Part shown: positions 62,675-64,000 of the stretch, in pieces
How positions within the stretch are numbered: position 1 is the first letter of the stretch
Layout: each line of letters begins with the position of its first letter
Source: Acidobacteriota bacterium
Lineage (GTDB): Bacteria; Acidobacteriota; UBA890; WLXD01
DNA length: 64,000 bases
Direction of reading: 5' to 3'
Assembly (NCBI GenBank): GCA_965205505.1
Contig: CBDBHB010000007.1
Coordinates: 128,001 to 192,000 of the forward strand
Notes under the pieces: model-generated
What the model was told of the DNA's origin: nothing
Databases searched by the model: none
What the model saw: only the letters and a program-made list of their open reading frames with translations
Translations under genes and position numbers: made by a program

Positions 62675-63652
62675 ATGAAAGCCATCGTCATCGAACAGTA
62701 TGGCGGCCCTGATGTGCTCCAGCTTCGAGAGGTCGAGCAGCCTACGGCCAAGGCGCACGAGGTTCTGATCAAGGTGCACGCGACCACCGTCTCGTCGGCA
62801 GACTGGCGGCTGCGCAGCGCGACGTTCCCGACAGGATTCGCGATCCCGGCTCGGCTTGCCCTTGGGGTGTTCAGGCCCAGGCGAAGGGTCCTCGGGAGTG
62901 AGCTCGCCGGCGAGATCGTGTCCATCGGCGAAGACGTCACGAAGTTCCAGGTCGGTGACCGCGTCTTCGCCCACCCAGGCTCGGCTCTCGGGTGCTACGT
63001 CGAGTACCGCACGATGCCAGAGGACGGTAAGCTGGCGCCGATCCCCGAGGGATTGTCCTACGAGAAGGCAGCAGCGCTGTCGTTCGGCGGGTCGACCGCG
63101 CTGAATTTCCTGCGCCACCAAGGGCGCATCCAGGCCGGCGAGAGTGTGTTGATCATCGGGGCGTCGGGCTCCGTGGGGTCGGCGGCGGTGCAGCTGGCCA
63201 AGCACTTCGGCGCAGAGGTCACCGGCGTGTGCAGCACAGTCAACCTCGAGCTCGTGCGGTCGCTCGGGGCAGACGATGTCATCGACTACACGCAGGACGA
63301 CTTCACCAAGAACGGCCGCACCTATGACCTCATCTTCGATGCTGTGGGACATGCCGACTTCCCGAGTTGCCGGAACTCCCTGAACGAAGGCGGGCGCCTG
63401 CTGCTTGTCGTCGCCGGCTTGCCCCAGCTGATGCATATCCCCTGGGCGTCCATGACCAGTACCAAGCGCGTGTTTGCGGGCGACACTGCCGGGCGGGTAG
63501 AAGACTTACTGTTCCTGAAGGAGCTCGTTGAGGCAGGAGCGTATGAACCCGTCATCGACCGGTACTACGCGTTTGATGAGGTCGCCGACGCGCACGCCTA
63601 CGTCGACACCGGGCGGAAGCGCGGCAACGTGGTGCTCCGGGTCACCGACTAA
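62675..63652 (+). CDS. NAD(P)-dependent alcohol dehydrogenase-like (MDR family) oxidoreductase
   Basis: YGGPDVL, GASGSVGSAAVQLAK, LGADDVIDY and GRKRGNVV motifs. Confidence 0.93.
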   Translation: MKAIVIEQYGGPDVLQLREVEQPTAKAHEVLIKVHATTVSSADWRLRSATFPTGFAIPARLALGVFRPRRRVLGSELAGEIVSIGEDVTKFQVGDRVFAHPGSALGCYVEYRTMPEDGKLAPIPEGLSYEKAAALSFGGSTALNFLRHQGRIQAGESVLIIGASGSVGSAAVQLAKHFGAEVTGVCSTVNLELVRSLGADDVIDYTQDDFTKNGRTYDLIFDAVGHADFPSCRNSLNEGGRLLLVVAGLPQLMHIPWASMTSTKRVFAGDTAGRVEDLLFLKELVEAGAYEPVIDRYYAFDEVADAHAYVDTGRKRGNVVLRVTD

Positions 63653-63786
63653 GCGCGGCCGTGATGGCGATCACAGTAAACCTGGCTCTGGCGAGAGCGC
63701 CGCGGTGGGACGCAGCGCGTCGTCGGTCGTGGCGGCCACTGTCCGTGAAGAATGACGTCGGCGAGACGAGTTGAAGCGGCTCTCTC

Positions 63787-64000
63787 TCAGTCGCGAGATC
63801 GAAACAGCAGCAGCACACTAGCGCTCGTGGCCGGCCAAAGAGTGCCATCTGGCGAGAACGCCAATTCATGGCCATAGCCCTCTGTATGTCCAAGCATCTC
63901 ACCGGTAGCGGGATCGATCTTGATCAGGTAGGCCTCTTCCGGATCTCCGCCCAAGGACACCGAGATGTAGAGCTCTCCGGTTGGACTGAATGCCACGCTA
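63787..64000 (-). CDS. C-terminus of a beta-propeller (NHL-like) protein, partial
   Basis: AFSPTGELYI…KIDPATGEMLG…GHELAFSPDG. Confidence 0.55.
   Translation of the reverse strand, partial: SVAFSPTGELYISVSLGGDPEEAYLIKIDPATGEMLGHTEGYGHELAFSPDGTLWPATSASVLLLFRSRD

Overview
GC-rich bacterial chromosomal window. The PadR + ADOP-permease pair suggests Acidobacteriota, and the Sel1-repeat and DUF1524/excalibur genes resemble those of host-associated (e.g. sponge) symbionts; both assignments are inference. The flanks carry housekeeping and catabolic genes: a YchF-family ATPase, an SPFH-Arc pair, a radical SAM protein, a benzoate-CoA-ligase-family enzyme, a two-component system with a spondin gene, hydrolases, tRNA-Asn, recR-ybaB-dnaX-ffs, an FAD/Fe-S oxidoreductase, transporters, a cold-shock protein and a TetR-dehydrogenase pair. 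One intact IS3 element with a 4-bp target duplication lies at 14.3-15.6 kb. An accessory region at about 27.6-51.2 kb holds a minimal integrase-AlpA module, a Tat-signal Rieske oxygenase and an ~18-kb defence-type island bracketed by two inward-facing 3' tRNA fragments (Leu, fMet). The island encodes a type I restriction-modification locus whose HsdR is fused to a C-terminal Schlafen/AlbA_2 nuclease-like domain, the best candidate for a new system here. It also carries orphan nuclease genes and IS debris. Many genes have single-base frameshifts or in-frame stops, which could be real decay or sequencing error; the sequence alone cannot distinguish these.
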